Of a stretch of DNA of 64,000 bases, positions 17,277-30,471 are shown piece by piece; positions within the stretch are counted from its first letter, which is position 1; each line of letters starts with the position of its first letter. The notes under the pieces were generated by a model, which was given only the letters and a program-made list of their open reading frames with translations, did no database searches and was not told where the DNA came from. The stretch covers positions 124,001-188,000 of the forward strand of contig JAWQFM010000022.1 in assembly GCA_033442325.1 (NCBI GenBank), in the 5' to 3' direction. The position numbers and the translations under genes were made by a program. The DNA is from Salpingoeca rosetta (Eukaryota > Protista > Choanoflagellata).

Positions 17277-17906
17277 TCTGGCCGATACCTGGGAGGACGG
17301 GGTGCTGGTTCCCTTCAAAGGGGGTGGCGGGCTGGACGTGGCGCCGCAATCGCGCACGCGACGACACCCGGCCGCCGCCAGCAGCAACAGGCGGCGGCGG
17401 CTTGGGCACCGCGCGCCCCTGCACAGCCAACGAGCGAGCGATGGTGGTGGTGGTGGTGGTGGTGGTGGTGGTGGTGGGGAGGAAAGGTGAGGGGTGCCGC
17501 CTGGTTTTGGCACACGACACCAACACGGATAGGCAGACGCAGCCACACCAACACACAAACGGCCAGAACCACAGATACACAGAGGCACAGACACGGACAC
17601 AGACACAGTGACAGGCACAGACAAGCACGCACGCACACGCACGCACACATGCATTAACTCACTGCTTCTGTGGTCCCTGCCGTTGTGTCTGGCCTGTTGT
17701 GTTCGTGCGGTGTGGGCAGCGGTGCTGGTCGCGGTGGCGCGGATACAGCTGCCCGCGCTCGTCGCGAGCTGTCCACATCGCCACCACCAGCTGCCCTGGA
17801 TCGCCCAGACTTTGGACGTTGCCGCCGCTCGCCACCACCACCATCACCACCATCACCACGCCCGTGCTGCTGCTGTTGCTGTTGCTGTTGCTCCGCTTCC
17901 TCCTCC

Positions 17907-17982
<76 letters not shown>

Positions 17983-18372
17983 GCGCCTTGCGTGCTGCTG
18001 CACGTGCGTGTGCGTCGCGTGCGCGGGCGACGACATCAGCGCTCGCAAGCCCCCCGGATACACCCGTCATCCCGCTACTGGCGCTGGTCCTCGATCGACG
18101 GCTGCGTGTGCGACCGCCACCGCCGCCGCCGCCGCGCTTGGGCGACGTCGCAGGCGACGCGGCAAGTGACCCGGGCAGCGGTGATATCGCACCGCGCTCG
18201 CCGGCCTCCGACGGGGCGTAGTTTGCATCGGCAATGGGCGTGGCAAGTGCGGAGCGAGCCACTTCCTCCATGGGCACCTGCACCACAGGCACTGACCCGG
18301 GTGCCCACGTATCAATCGGGATTGTGCTCGGCTCTGCATGCATGTGTGTGATGGCGTGTGTGAGTGTGTGGT

Positions 18373-18409
<37 letters not shown>

Positions 18410-18820
18410 TGTGTGCATGTGTGTGTGTGTGTNNNNNNNNNNNNNNNNNNNNNNNNNNNNNNNNNNNNNNNNNNNNNNNNNNNNNNNNNNNNNNNNNNNN
18501 NNNNNNNNNNNNNNNNNNNNNNNNNNNNNNNNNNNNNNNNNNNNNNNNNNNNCACACCCACACACACACAGAGTGCTCAAACAACACGATGGCTATAGAA
18601 TGAAGAGGCAACACACCTGTATCGGGCTCCCATGTGTCATGTGCTTCAGGCGGCTCGCCATCGTCTCGTCTCAGATATGACAGCTGTCAGATGCAGCACA
18701 GACCAGAGCCGCGATGAGCGCTGCCATGGCATTCCCTTTCACACCATCACAAACTTCCCACCTTGATCTTCATATGCGACAAGGACAACGCTCGTGGCTC
18801 GCGCCCTTCACAACACTCTG

Positions 18821-18875
<55 letters not shown>

Positions 18876-19261
18876 GACATAGACACAGACACAGACGCAC
18901 ACAGACACAAACACACACCTCGACGAGGGCGTGTGCGCAGTCAAGTGCTTCTTTGATGACGTGTGCTTTGTGTCGTCTTCGGATCTCGATGGCCTGAATG
19001 GCCTCCATGACGTTCTTCATCATCTCAGATGTCTTCTCCTGAATCGCCTCCGTGATGGCATCTTGCTCCTGTTTCTTCATCCTGTGCGCACACGCATGCC
19101 GTGGTTGGTTGTTGTTGGAAGGTGAGGCACAAGCGGTGCTGGAGGAAGAGGAGGCGAAGCATCGCACACAGCCATACGAGGCAGGCAAGCGCACAGAGAC
19201 AGAGACACAGCTGCAGAGGGAGGGGGAGAGGTAGAGAGAGACAAAGACAAAGACACACATG

Positions 19262-19298
<37 letters not shown>

Positions 19299-19545
19299 AG
19301 ACACACAGACACAGACACAGACACAGACACACAGACACACACACACAGACACACACATGCGCACACAGACACACAGGCACACACACACAGACAGACACAC
19401 AGAGGCACACACACTCACACACAGAGACACACACAGACACACAAAAGCCCTACCACTCTTCGAGGGTGTAGCCTGGAGGGACATTTTGCTTGACAGCCTC
19501 CGCCAGCTTCTGGCGTGAGGACGTTGGGCGCCGTCGCCTCGTCAT
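17218..19545 (-). CDS. C2orf81/DUF4639-family homolog with poly-Q tracts, multi-exon
   Basis: Spliced model [31 protein letters not shown]|MKKQEQ...ALVE|[22 protein letters not shown]|[17 protein letters not shown] resembles the C2orf81 motif RDEGE...W..DEEP...DSWAQGSVPV as recalled. A (CAA)n poly-Q lies at ~17907-17982. The last exon ends at 17218. Confidence 0.6.
18433..18552. other. Assembly gap (N run) within an intronic microsatellite
   Basis: Run of N. Confidence 1.
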
Positions 19546-19879
19546 CGTTCTGCCTCAAGTCCGTCTCCGTCTCCGTCTCCGTCTCCACAGCACTGCCTGT
19601 GTCTCTGGGTGTGTTTGCTTGATGGTTGGCAAGCGCGGCGAGCGAAAATCTACGATTCGCACACAATTCAGCGTGCTATCCACCGCCACTCTTGTTTGTG
19701 TGTGTGCGTGGATATGAAGCCCTGCAAAGACTGCACTCTTCTGCGTTTGCTTTGTGTGAAGTCCGTCCCTCTTCCCTCTCCCACTTCTCCCACTTCTCCC
19801 ACTTCTCTCTCTCTCACTTCTCTCTGCATACGTTCGTGGGGTTCACACGCTGTTCGCTGCTCTTGTTGGTGGTGGTGCC

Positions 19880-20266
19880 ATGGAACGGGGTGAGCGTGGA
19901 AGCGAGGCAGTGGCAGTGCAGGAAGTGCAGGTCGTGGAGCCGTGGTTTTCGTTCATTGCCCAAGGGAAGAAGACGGTGGAAGGGCGACTTGCATCCGACA
20001 AGTACACGGGTTTGGGCGTTGGGTGCACCATTGCCTTTCGGTGCGAACCCACGCCGGATTTGCCGCCAGTCCACGTGACTGTCACACGCGTGGTGCGCTA
20101 CCCAAGCATCGCCCTCTATTTGGAAGCCGAGGGGCTGTCCCGCTGCCTGCCTGGCATCGAAACCCTCGCTGAGGGCGTGCAGGTGTATCGACAGTTCTAC
20201 ACTGAGGAGGACGAGCAACGCCTTGGCGTTCTCGCTATCCACATCCAGCGCGCCACCGACCAATAG
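19880..20266 (+). CDS. ASCH (PUA-like) domain protein, intronless, 128 aa
   Basis: EPWFSFIAQGKKTVEGRL carries the ASCH GxKxxExR motif. The C-terminus YRQFYTEEDEQRLGVLAIHI is typical of the PF0470-like ASCH subfamily. Confidence 0.85.
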   Translation: MERGERGSEAVAVQEVQVVEPWFSFIAQGKKTVEGRLASDKYTGLGVGCTIAFRCEPTPDLPPVHVTVTRVVRYPSIALYLEAEGLSRCLPGIETLAEGVQVYRQFYTEEDEQRLGVLAIHIQRATDQ

Positions 20267-20716
20267 AGCTCACTCACGCACACCCACTTTGCTTCCCCAT
20301 CACTCATCCGGCCAAGCACATCACGCGACAAGCAGACACAAACGAACCGCGCAAAACAGCGAACATTTACGGTCTTTCTTCTTCTTGCTGTGTTGGAACG
20401 CAACATCGCCAACACCACCACCACCACCATTATCATCATCACCATCATTATCACCATCACCATCATCATCATTATCAGCACCATCATCATCATCAGCACC
20501 ACCATCATCATCAGCAGCAGCAGCACAGCCAAGCAGTAACAAGACAATCGCCATCAAGCACGTCACACCCATCAGCGACTGAGATCGGTCAGTAACCAGC
20601 AAGGGCAGCAGGGAGCAGCAAACAGCAGCAGAGAGGTTGCAAGTGGCGCCTGCTACGTCCCCGCCTCTCTCCAACAGCGACACAAGCGACACAAGCGACA
20701 CAAGCGCACCGCTGCC

Positions 20717-21845
20717 ATGCCGTTGCGTTCATCGCTGGGCAAGGTGATGCTTGTGGCATCTGGCACTGCATTGGCGACCTTGTTTGGGGTTGGTCCCTTG
20801 ATGAACAGCCTCGCAGACTCTTCGCTGAGCTTACCTGCACACGCATGGACAGACATTGAACGCAAACGCAACCAGCGCGAAGCGCAGCCGTTCCGCGACG
20901 AGGTGTGTTTGTGTGGTTGTGTGTGTGTGCATGGTGCAGTGTGTGTGTGTGTGTATTGTATGCATGGGTGTGTGTGCATGCACGCCCTTGCGCCGCTTGC
21001 GCCGCTTGTGTGCAAGCACGCCCTGTCGTGACAAGACAATCACATTCTTACATAGCCCCGTTCACACACACATGCACACACACACATACACACACATGCA
21101 CACACACATACACACATGCACTCACACACACCTCATCCCCCCCCCCCGTTTTCTGCTCATTTCAACCACATTGCAGTTGCTGATTGAGTTGGCGAGCCTC
21201 TTTGCTGTGTTTGAGGTCGACCCGCAACGCATGAAGGTGTCGTTCATCGCCGGTGGCGACGATTCCCAGGCAGCGTCTGCAGGAACACAGCGGCTTCCCT
21301 TTGGCCAAGCATACCTGCTGCTCTCGGAAGGCATTGGCCTCAACTATGCGCTGAGCCGCGTGACTGCTGCAGACGCGTGCGACATCCGGCCCCGCGTACA
21401 CCCGAACGAGGCCTCCACGATTCTCACACCGGAGCAGCGGTATGCGCTGGCGCACGAGCTGGCGCACATCACGTGCGAGCACCACACCAAGCGCGTGACG
21501 GCGACGGCTGCTGCGCTCACGGCGGCGTTTGCTGTTGGCCCTGCCCTGCGGCGGTGGGCGCGTGCTTCCCGGCCCGTAGCGGCGACGGCCACGCTGCTGT
21601 CCATTGCCCCTGCGGGGGCTGCGCTGCGCTGGCTGTATCGGCGCCAGGAGTGGGAGGCGGACGCCGTTGCTGCGCACAAGGGGTATGCGTGTGGCGGGGA
21701 GGCCTTCTGGAGCAGGCAGGCTGCCATGCGTGTGCCCAACCCGGGCGTTCCATATTGGTTCCGCACACACCCGTATCCACACGAGCGCCTGGCCTTTTTC
21801 ACCAGCCGCTGCAATCCAGATGGCAACAACGGAGACACTGGCTGA
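20717..21845 (+). CDS. Peptidase M48-like zinc metalloprotease (exons 20717-20902, 21177-21845)
   Basis: Motifs YALAHELAH (HExxH), two hydrophobic segments, RRQEWEADAVA and THPYPHERL. Phase-0 GT-AG intron. Confidence 0.8.
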
Positions 21846-22198
21846 TGCGTGTGCATGTGTGTGTATATATATATGTGTGTGTATGTATATATGTGTGTGT
21901 GTGTGTTTGCAGTGTGTGTCTGTGTGCAGTGTGTGCAGTGTGTGCAGTGTGTGCAGTGTGTGCAGTGTGTGCAGTGTGTGCGGTGTGTGCGGTGTGTGCG
22001 GTGTGTGCAGTGTGATGGGTTGCATACGTGTTTGTGTGTGGGTACGCAAGTGCGCACACCGTCTCCCCATCTGAACGTTTTTGTGTGTCGCTGTCGCCAT
22101 TCGCTGCCTTGCTTTTCCCACACAACTTCCCCTCCAAAAGCAAAACACGCCCAAGAAGCCACTTTCCCTCCTCCTTGCGATCGTAAATACGAGTGACG

Positions 22199-22575
22199 AT
22201 GACGAGGCGTCTTTGCGCGAGTCTGTCGTCGTGCGCCTTCGTAGCGCTGGCGCTGACGCTGGCAGTGGGTGCGACACGCGCGCCCGCACGTGATGTTGGA
22301 GCAGGAGAAGCGACAGGTGTAAGTGATGATGCTCTGTGCCCAGCAGCTCAGACACAGGCCGACATCTTTGGCATTCGCGACACGTATACAACAGGGTTGC
22401 TGAAACACCACCTTTGCTCTACTGACAGCCGTTGGCTGCTGGCTGATGATGACAGCATCACCACGTACGTGAGCATGCCCCTTGTTGCTGGTGGTCTGGT
22501 GGTCTGGTGGTTGTGCTTGGCTTTGACTCAGTGTTTGAGGGTTTGCACTCGCTTACACAAGACAACACACACAAC

Positions 22576-22656
<81 letters not shown>

Positions 22657-25600
22657 CTCCCCCCAACACACACATTACAACAGGTCTGGACGAAGCCGCC
22701 GCGCAAGAGATGATCCGCCGGCCGATCGCCGTGGTGGCAACGAGCCCGGGCAGCCGGAGTACCGCTCATTCGCAGCCACATGCACGGTGGAGAACAACCT
22801 CATCTCCTTCTGCTCAGCGGACCTGCCAACCGTTGACCTGACCTTGCAGTTTGTCAACGACACGGGCCTGATTCCGTTTGTGGCGGGCCTCATCCCCCAG
22901 GCCCCTACCAAGCTCAGCATCGTCGGCGCCCCAGACGCCGGCTTTATTCAGCGGTTCCTCACGCACTGGCACTGGCCGCTGCTGGAGACGCTCATCTTCA
23001 GGCTGGACGCCGGTGCGCAGCCGCTGTCACCCACCTTCTTCGACAGGGCCGGCCGCGTCGGGCTCACCACCCTGGCGGTGCACGGCGCCTCCATATCCGG
23101 TGTCAACCTGACCAGCAGAAACGACATTGAGTCCCTTGACCTGTCGGACACGGCCGTGACCGACGCCACCTTTGTCGCCCCGATGTCGTCCTCCAAGCTG
23201 CGCACCCTCAACCTGCGCAACACGGCGTTCGGGGCCCTCAACTTTGCCCACTTGCCCACCTCCCTCGTCAGCGTGAGCGTGGGCGGCTCGCCTGTCGGCT
23301 CCATCTCCATCGCCTCCACCCGCAGCGCGCTCACCCACCTCTACCTGGACGGCACGAACCTCGGCGGCGATGCCATTGAGGGCCTCACCTTCCTGCGCAA
23401 CCTGCCCAACCTGGTGCACCTGGACCTCTCCTCCACCAGCATCCAGACCCTGCGCTACACGCCGCCCGTGGACAGTGTTGGCAACATCATCCCCGGCCCG
23501 CGGCTGGAGAAACTGCTTGCTGCACACAACAACATCGCCAGCGTGGGCCTGGCCCAGCTGGACGTGCTCCAAGTGGACCTGAGCAACAACCGCGTCACCA
23601 TGCTGGCAGGCCTCCCCTCCGCCATGCGCATGCTGCAGCTGCAGCACAACGCCATGGAGACGCTCACCATCGGCACCGCCAACAACCTCACCATGCTGGA
23701 CGCATCGTTCAACCGCCTAACCCAGCTCGGCAACGTCGTCGCACCAAGCCTGGTCAGCCTCAACCTGGAGAACAACCGCTTCAGCACGCAGCCATCCGCC
23801 CTCAGCACCCTCTTCCCGAAGCTGACCTCACTCAACATGGGCAACAACACGCTCGCAACCTTCGCCGTCAGCCTGTCCCAACTCACCTCGCTTGTCCTCA
23901 AGTCCAACCAGCTCACCAGCGTCACCAGCATCACTGCACCGCTACTGCAGAGCCTCGACCTCTCCTTCAACAGGCTCTCCATGCTGGACCTGGACACGCC
24001 CCTCTCCCAGCTCACCAGCCTCAACCTCACCCACAACCGCCTGACCACCTTCAACCTGCGTGCGGCCATTGAGGCCAGCGCATCCACCCTCACCTCCCTC
24101 GACGTCAGCGCCAACGCCCTTACCGAGATCATCTTCACCACACCAGCTGCGTCAGCGGACCTCGCTGCGCTGCAGGACCTGCGCATTGACCGCAACCGCC
24201 TCACCGCGCTGCCGGCGCTCCCATCGCCCATGTCAGCGCTCGTCACGCTCATTGCGTCGTCCAACAGCATCTCCAGCCTGCTGCCCACAGACGCGCCGCT
24301 GCAGCTGCTCACCTCCCTCACCTGGCTGGACGTCTCCAACAACAACATCACCGCCCTGCCCGTGGACGCGCTGGCCGCCAACTCTCAACTGGAGCGGCTC
24401 TGGCTCGGGTTCAACCAGCTGCACACCCTCGACGAGACGGTGTTTGATGCCGTGCCACGCCTCACGGAGCTCCTGCTGCAGAGCAACCAGTTGTCCGACC
24501 TTCCCCAGCGGCTGCTGGCGCCACTCACCTCCCTCGGCAACCTGGACCTTTCGTCCAACGACCTGACACGCCTCCCGCACCGCCTCTTCAACAGCACGCA
24601 GGCGCTAACCGTGCTTGTGCTGGACCACAACCGCATCACCGCGCTCCCGCCAGACACGGGCATCACAGACCTGACCAACCTCACCGTCCTCTCCTGCGCA
24701 GACAACGCCCTGCTGCAGCTGCCTGACTTCTCGCAGCTGGTGAACCTGGAGCACGTCAACTTCCGCAACCACTTTGTGCCGGCCATCTCCCTTGACGCCT
24801 TTATGTACATGCCGCGGCTCGAGAACCTGTGGATCAGCCGCGCCGAGGGCGGCGGGCACGCCACCATCTCCCGCTTCGACCTCGATCGTGCTGCTGCCAT
24901 CCGCGGAGAGACTGGTACTGGCACTGGTGGTGGTGGCGATGATGGCAGTGGTGGTGTTCCCGATCAGTTTACGAACGGCACGGATCCCGCCAGCAACGCC
25001 ACGAGCCCGCGCCTGAAGCCGTTCGCCAGTCTGCGCACCCTGGAGGCACTTCACCTGGAACTGCCCACAACACCGCTTTTCCTTGGCGGCGGCGAGCCCT
25101 ACCTGCGCGACCTCACCGGCCTGTTTATCGGGTGGCACACGCTGGACGAGGCCACGCTCTCCGTGCGGGCCATTGCTGCCGTGCTGGGCGACAACGTGCA
25201 GCAGTTTGGCGTGGAGCACACCGCCTACACCACGTTTGACCTGACAGATGTCAAGGCGGATCTCAACGCCGTGTACCTGAGCTACAACCCCATGCTCACC
25301 ACCATCGTGCTGCCGCAGAGCGTGTTTATCCTCGGCGCGCAGGAAAACCCAAGCCTGACCAACCTCACCCTGCTTGCCGCTGACATTCTCGAGGTGAGCC
25401 GCTCACGTGTGCCGTACAACCCCACCATGTGCGACACGTGGGGCCAGGTCACGCTGGGCGCACGCGCGATGCTGGACGACGCGTCCTATCGCGCAAACGA
25501 GCGCGACTTTTTGGCGCGCTGCCTTGCGCAGGGCACGGTGGTGGACATTTCTGAGAACACGTGGCTCAACACGTTCACGGCCGTGCGGGCGCTGGAGAAG

Positions 25601-26753
25601 CAGTTCCTGATTGGGTCCCGCGAGTTTCGTAACCGCGTGAACCAGGTTGTGTCCACCCGCGCCACACCGATTGTGCTGCTGCTTCGTGGGGCCCCCATTG
25701 CGTGCTCGCTTCGCCTCGACACCTTGCACGTGTACGACCCGGAGATGAAGGAGTGGACATACCGTGTTGGGTACTCGTTTGACTGCGCCTGCAGCAGCAG
25801 CCACCGCCAGCGCGGCGAGCTGTGCGTGCCAAAGGCGCGTGGCTTGGGCAGCCGTGCCGTTGCTGGCGTTGCCGTGGCCTCTGTGTTGATTGGCGCAGCG
25901 CTGGGCCCGCTCGTGCTCATGTACCGCAAGCGAATTCTTGCCAAGCGTGAATACAGGCGGCAGCTGGAGACGGAGAATGAGCTACAGAAGCGGTTGATTG
26001 AGGAGAAGGACGAGGAGGTGATGGCGCTGAAGAAGGCGTGGGAGATTGACTTTGACGAGCTTGACCTGCGAGCACGCATCGACCGTGACTCGACTGGTGC
26101 CTTTGGAGCGGTGTGGCGCGCCAAGTGGGACACGGTGACCGTGGCGGTGAAGGTGCTGCGAAAGGAGATGGTCATCTACGATGCACACACCACGGCAGAG
26201 TTTGAGAAGGAGGTTGAGTTCCTGCGCACGTGTCGGCACCCGAATGTCGTCCGCTTCTTCGGCGCCGGGTGCAGTGCTGACGGCTCGCCCTTCCTCGTGC
26301 TTGAGCTCATTGCGCTCGGCTCGCTCCAGTCGCTGCTCACCCGCGACCTTGACCAAGTCATCGTCGACGTGCAGGCGCGGCTCCGGTCCTCCACCGTCTC
26401 CGCCCACACCCTCACTGGTGGCCTTGCTGGTAGCGGCCGGGCCAACCTCACCACGGGGCCGTCGCTGGCAGCAGTACGAACAACGGGCTCTGAGGGCAAC
26501 AGCGTTGATGATGATGCCATGTTTGGTGCTGCGAGCGCGTATGTGGGTGGTGACGGCAGTGTGAACGGCACTGCCAACAACAACGGCAGCAGCAGCGATG
26601 GTGCTTCTGGCGGCCAGGGTGCGGGCGGGCGTGTTCGTGTTCCTGTTGATGGGGAGGTGACATGTGCGCTTGATCTCAAACTGCGCATGGCACGAGACGT
26701 TGCCAGCGGTATGGCCTACATCCACTCCCTCGGACATATCCACAGGTGCGCTG

Positions 26754-26825
<72 letters not shown>

Positions 26826-27778
26826 TGGGGAAGTGTGTTGAGTACATTTGAGTGGTGTGTTTTTGATTTGTGTATTGTGCTCAGTACTCGCCTGCGCGTG
26901 TGTGTTGTGTGCACACGAGCGTTTAAAACACGTCACTATGCAACCCGCAGCAGTTTCTCACCACCACCACCCACCTACCTACCTACCTACCCACACATCC
27001 ATCCATCTGCTATCTTTCTTTCTCCTCCCCCCCCCCCAACTTCCATCTCCACCAGGGATCTGAAGACAGCCAACATCCTCGTCTCGGCGACGCTCCGCGC
27101 AAAGATTTCCGACTTTGGGTCCATTCGCGCGTGCTTGCGACGTGCACCGCAGCAGCATGCCTCGGCCTTCACATCATCCTTCCCAACGTCATCATCGCCA
27201 TCATCGTCGTCGTTTGACGGCTCTGAGATGCAGTACTCGCGCGCTACGGCCATGCAGACGGTGAATCTGCACATGACGGCTGCTGTCGGCACGCCGCTGT
27301 ATATGGCGCCAGAGGCGTTCCTCGGCACGTCGTACGGGCTCAAGGCAGACGTGTTCAGCTACGGTGTTGTGCTGTGGGAGCTGGCGACGCAGGGGGACCC
27401 TGATCTCATCAAGCAGGAACTTGGCGATTTCACTGGCCCTCTCCTCGTCACAATGACAAATCTCTTGCAAGACGGGAAGCGCCTCGCCCTGCCGGAAGGT
27501 GTGTACGTGTTGTGTGTTGTGTTGTGTGTTGTGTTGTGTGTGCGTGTTTGCTGCGAAACAAGCCGCCGTGTGTGGTGTGAACCATTCCTGACTCTCATCC
27601 ACACTGCAACGACGCCCACTCATCAACTCCCCCTCCTGTCTCCGCATTTTTTGTATGTGCAGACGCAACAGTGCCGGCGTGGTACAGGTCGCTGCTGGAC
27701 AAGTGCTTTGAGTTTGAGCCCGAGGACCGCCCGTCGTTCCCAGCCATCATCACCGCAATGGACCAGCATGAGTGCTGA
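22199..27778 (+). CDS. Leucine-rich-repeat receptor kinase: signal peptide, large LRR ectodomain, TM helix, TKL-type kinase
   Basis: Exons ~22199-22464, 22684-26745, 27056-27498 and 27663-27778. More than 20 LxxLxLxxN repeats; TM AVAGVAVASVLIGAALGPLVLMY. Kinase motifs GAFGAVW, VAVK, HR|DLKTAN, DFG, GTPLYMAPE, DVFSYG and CFEFEPEDRPSF. Confidence 0.9.
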
Positions 27779-28425
27779 GTGGTCGCGTGTGTGTTTGTGT
27801 GTGTTTGTTGTGTGTGTGTGTGTTTGTGTGTGTGTATGTGTGTGTGTGTGGTGTGTTTGTGTGTTTGATTGGGGGTTGGCATGATATACACATTGCCGTT
27901 TGTGGTGTTAGATTTGGAGTGAGGGGACTGGGTTATACGACGCTTACTCTTTCCCCTCCCCATTCCGCTCCCCCCACCTTCTTGTCGATTTTCATTCGTG
28001 GTTACATTCCTTCCTCTTGTTGGGTTTGCTTGCTGTTTGTTAACTATGAATAACAATGAATAACAATGATTGACGTGCCACAAACGGGGGGATCGGGGTC
28101 GGGGAGTGGCTACGATTCAGGGTGTAACGTGCAAATGCAGTTGTGGTGGCGATGGTGTTGAACGCATTAGCACAAACGGTTCGACATGTGTGCACGCACA
28201 AGCACACACGGTTCGACATGTGTGCACGCAGATTTCACTTCGCGAGCCGGCCGGCAGGGGCTTGATAAAAACGACACGCAGACACACAGGGAAACAAGGG
28301 AGGGAGACAGAGAGTAGGGCGACAAGGACACGCAGACGGGAGGCACACAGACACAGACAGATGGACAAACTTAACATACATACTGACTTAACATGCATAC
28401 ACGCACACACATAACACGCAGTTCC

Positions 28426-28713
28426 TCATGTGTGTGCTTCTGCGCTAGACGTGCTGCTGGTTGCGGTGCCTCTGCTGGAGATGAGCTCGTTCACGCGCGG
28501 TCTGAGGTCGTCGACGTCAACAGACTCAACATCGCCAATGAGACGGGTGGCCACGCGAAGGCAGTGGCCCTGGCGCACGCGCAGGTTCGTGTGCGAAACG
28601 CTCAGCGATTGCGTTTCCGACGTCACCGCACGCAGCTTGTCAAACACCTGTTTGTGAGGGGTGTAGTGGCATGGCATGAGTTGCATGCAGGGTGGATGTG
28701 GTACGTGTATGCT

Positions 28714-28747
<34 letters not shown>

Positions 28748-29319
28748 TGTGTGTGTCTGTGCGTGTTTGTGTGTGTGTGTGTGTGTATTTGTGTTTGTGT
28801 GTGTGTGTGTTTGTGTGTGTCTGTGCGTGTTTGTGTGTGTGTGTATGTGTACGGCGCACCTCTGCCTTTGGTTCCTGTCCGCCTGCACGCAAAGCCTGGT
28901 GTGATGGAAATGTGGAATCGATGTTGGGTAAAGTCGTCGCATGACTACAACGCACATGAGCAACCCGAACCAGTCCCCACAATTGCAGACACACAAACAC
29001 ACAGACACACAGACACACAGACACACAGACAACACAGACACACATACAGACACACACACATACAGAGACACACACCTTGGTGTTTGCGAGGCCCTTGATG
29101 GCGTGCATGATGGTGTAGTCGCGGTGCGATCCAAGCGCTGCCAACGACTGGGTAAGCTCAACTGCCATGTCCAACTCTCGCATAATCTGTGTCCGTGCGG
29201 GCTGGTGCACGTGTTGCAGTGCCAACGGTGGACGGCGTTCATGAGGACGAGGGAGATGCAGGCACATGTGCGACTGCAGGGACAAAATCCCATGATTGCT
29301 TTGCACAGGCACGGTGCCG

Positions 29320-29378
<59 letters not shown>

Positions 29379-30274
29379 GCAGTGCAGTGCAGTGCATACC
29401 TGATTGCGCTCAATCTTGGTTTGACGGCTTCGCACTGTTGATAACAGGCCTGCACATGTCGCTTTGTCGTTGTCTGAAAGGTCTGACAGGCAGAAGCACA
29501 AATGGCAGTGCAGTCACGACAGCAGAGATCAGTGTCGGTAGCAGTAGCATCAACACAGCAGACGGGTTGTGCGAGTGGGGTGCATGCGTTGATATTTGCA
29601 TAGTTACACCTGATGGTACCTGCTTGTGCTTTGAATGCAGACAAGTCCTTCTCCATTTGATCGAGCGTGGCCTTGCTGCTGTCATACTGCTCAAAGATCT
29701 GTCACGAAGGAAACAGTGTCACAGTCAAGCACACAGTTGTCAGGTCACCGTTGCAAGGTACAAGGTTGGGGTGAACCTCGGGGACGACACACACACACAC
29801 ACACAGGTAGGCATACATGCATATTCACACACACACACACAGGTAGGCATACATGCATATTCACACACACACACACGCGCGCGCATGCACATACACACAC
29901 ACGCAAACAGCAGATACAGACACACACACACACACACCTGCTGTGTTCGAGAGCGCAGCTCCTGAAGCCGTTGCATTTGATCCTGGTCACTGTGCAGTTC
30001 TTGCAATACCTGGGAAACGCAACCGTGTTGGCACAGTAGACAAAGGACAGCAACAGCAGTGCCAGCCAGGCGAATCATGTGAGGCACGACATGACCAAAC
30101 AAACAAGCAAATCACAACAACCCACAAAAACCACAGCAAACACCAACCAACAGCAGCCAGCAACACTTCTTTCCATGGACCATCAGCGACACGCACCGCT
30201 TCTTCCTCTGATCGAATCAAAGACTCAATAGCTTGCAGCTCATCGTGGAGCGACTCTCGTCGGGGTGCCGTCAT
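28426..30274 (-). CDS. Hypothetical helical/coiled-coil protein, multi-exon
   Basis: A chain of short GT-AG exons with amphipathic content runs from MTAPRRESLHDELQAIESLIR... to ...VDDLRPRVNELISSRG...AEAHT*. Family not recognised. Confidence 0.55.
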
Positions 30275-30303
30275 GGCGCGTGGGTAGATGTAGATTGGTG
30301 TCG

Positions 30304-30336
<33 letters not shown>

Positions 30337-30471
30337 TGTGTGTCGGTGCAGGCAGGCAGGAGGTGTTCGTGTTTGTGTTGTTCGCTCAGCGATTTCACTC
30401 TGCAGGGTCAGTCATCCATGCGAAACATAGGAATGATACATGACACTTTTCTACAACCGCTGCCGTGGTGA

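Noticed and set aside
22948-26914. Long antisense ORFs over the LRR kinase (similar ones over the hydrolase and lectin)
   Set aside because: Shadow ORFs from GC-rich codon bias, with no recognisable motifs.
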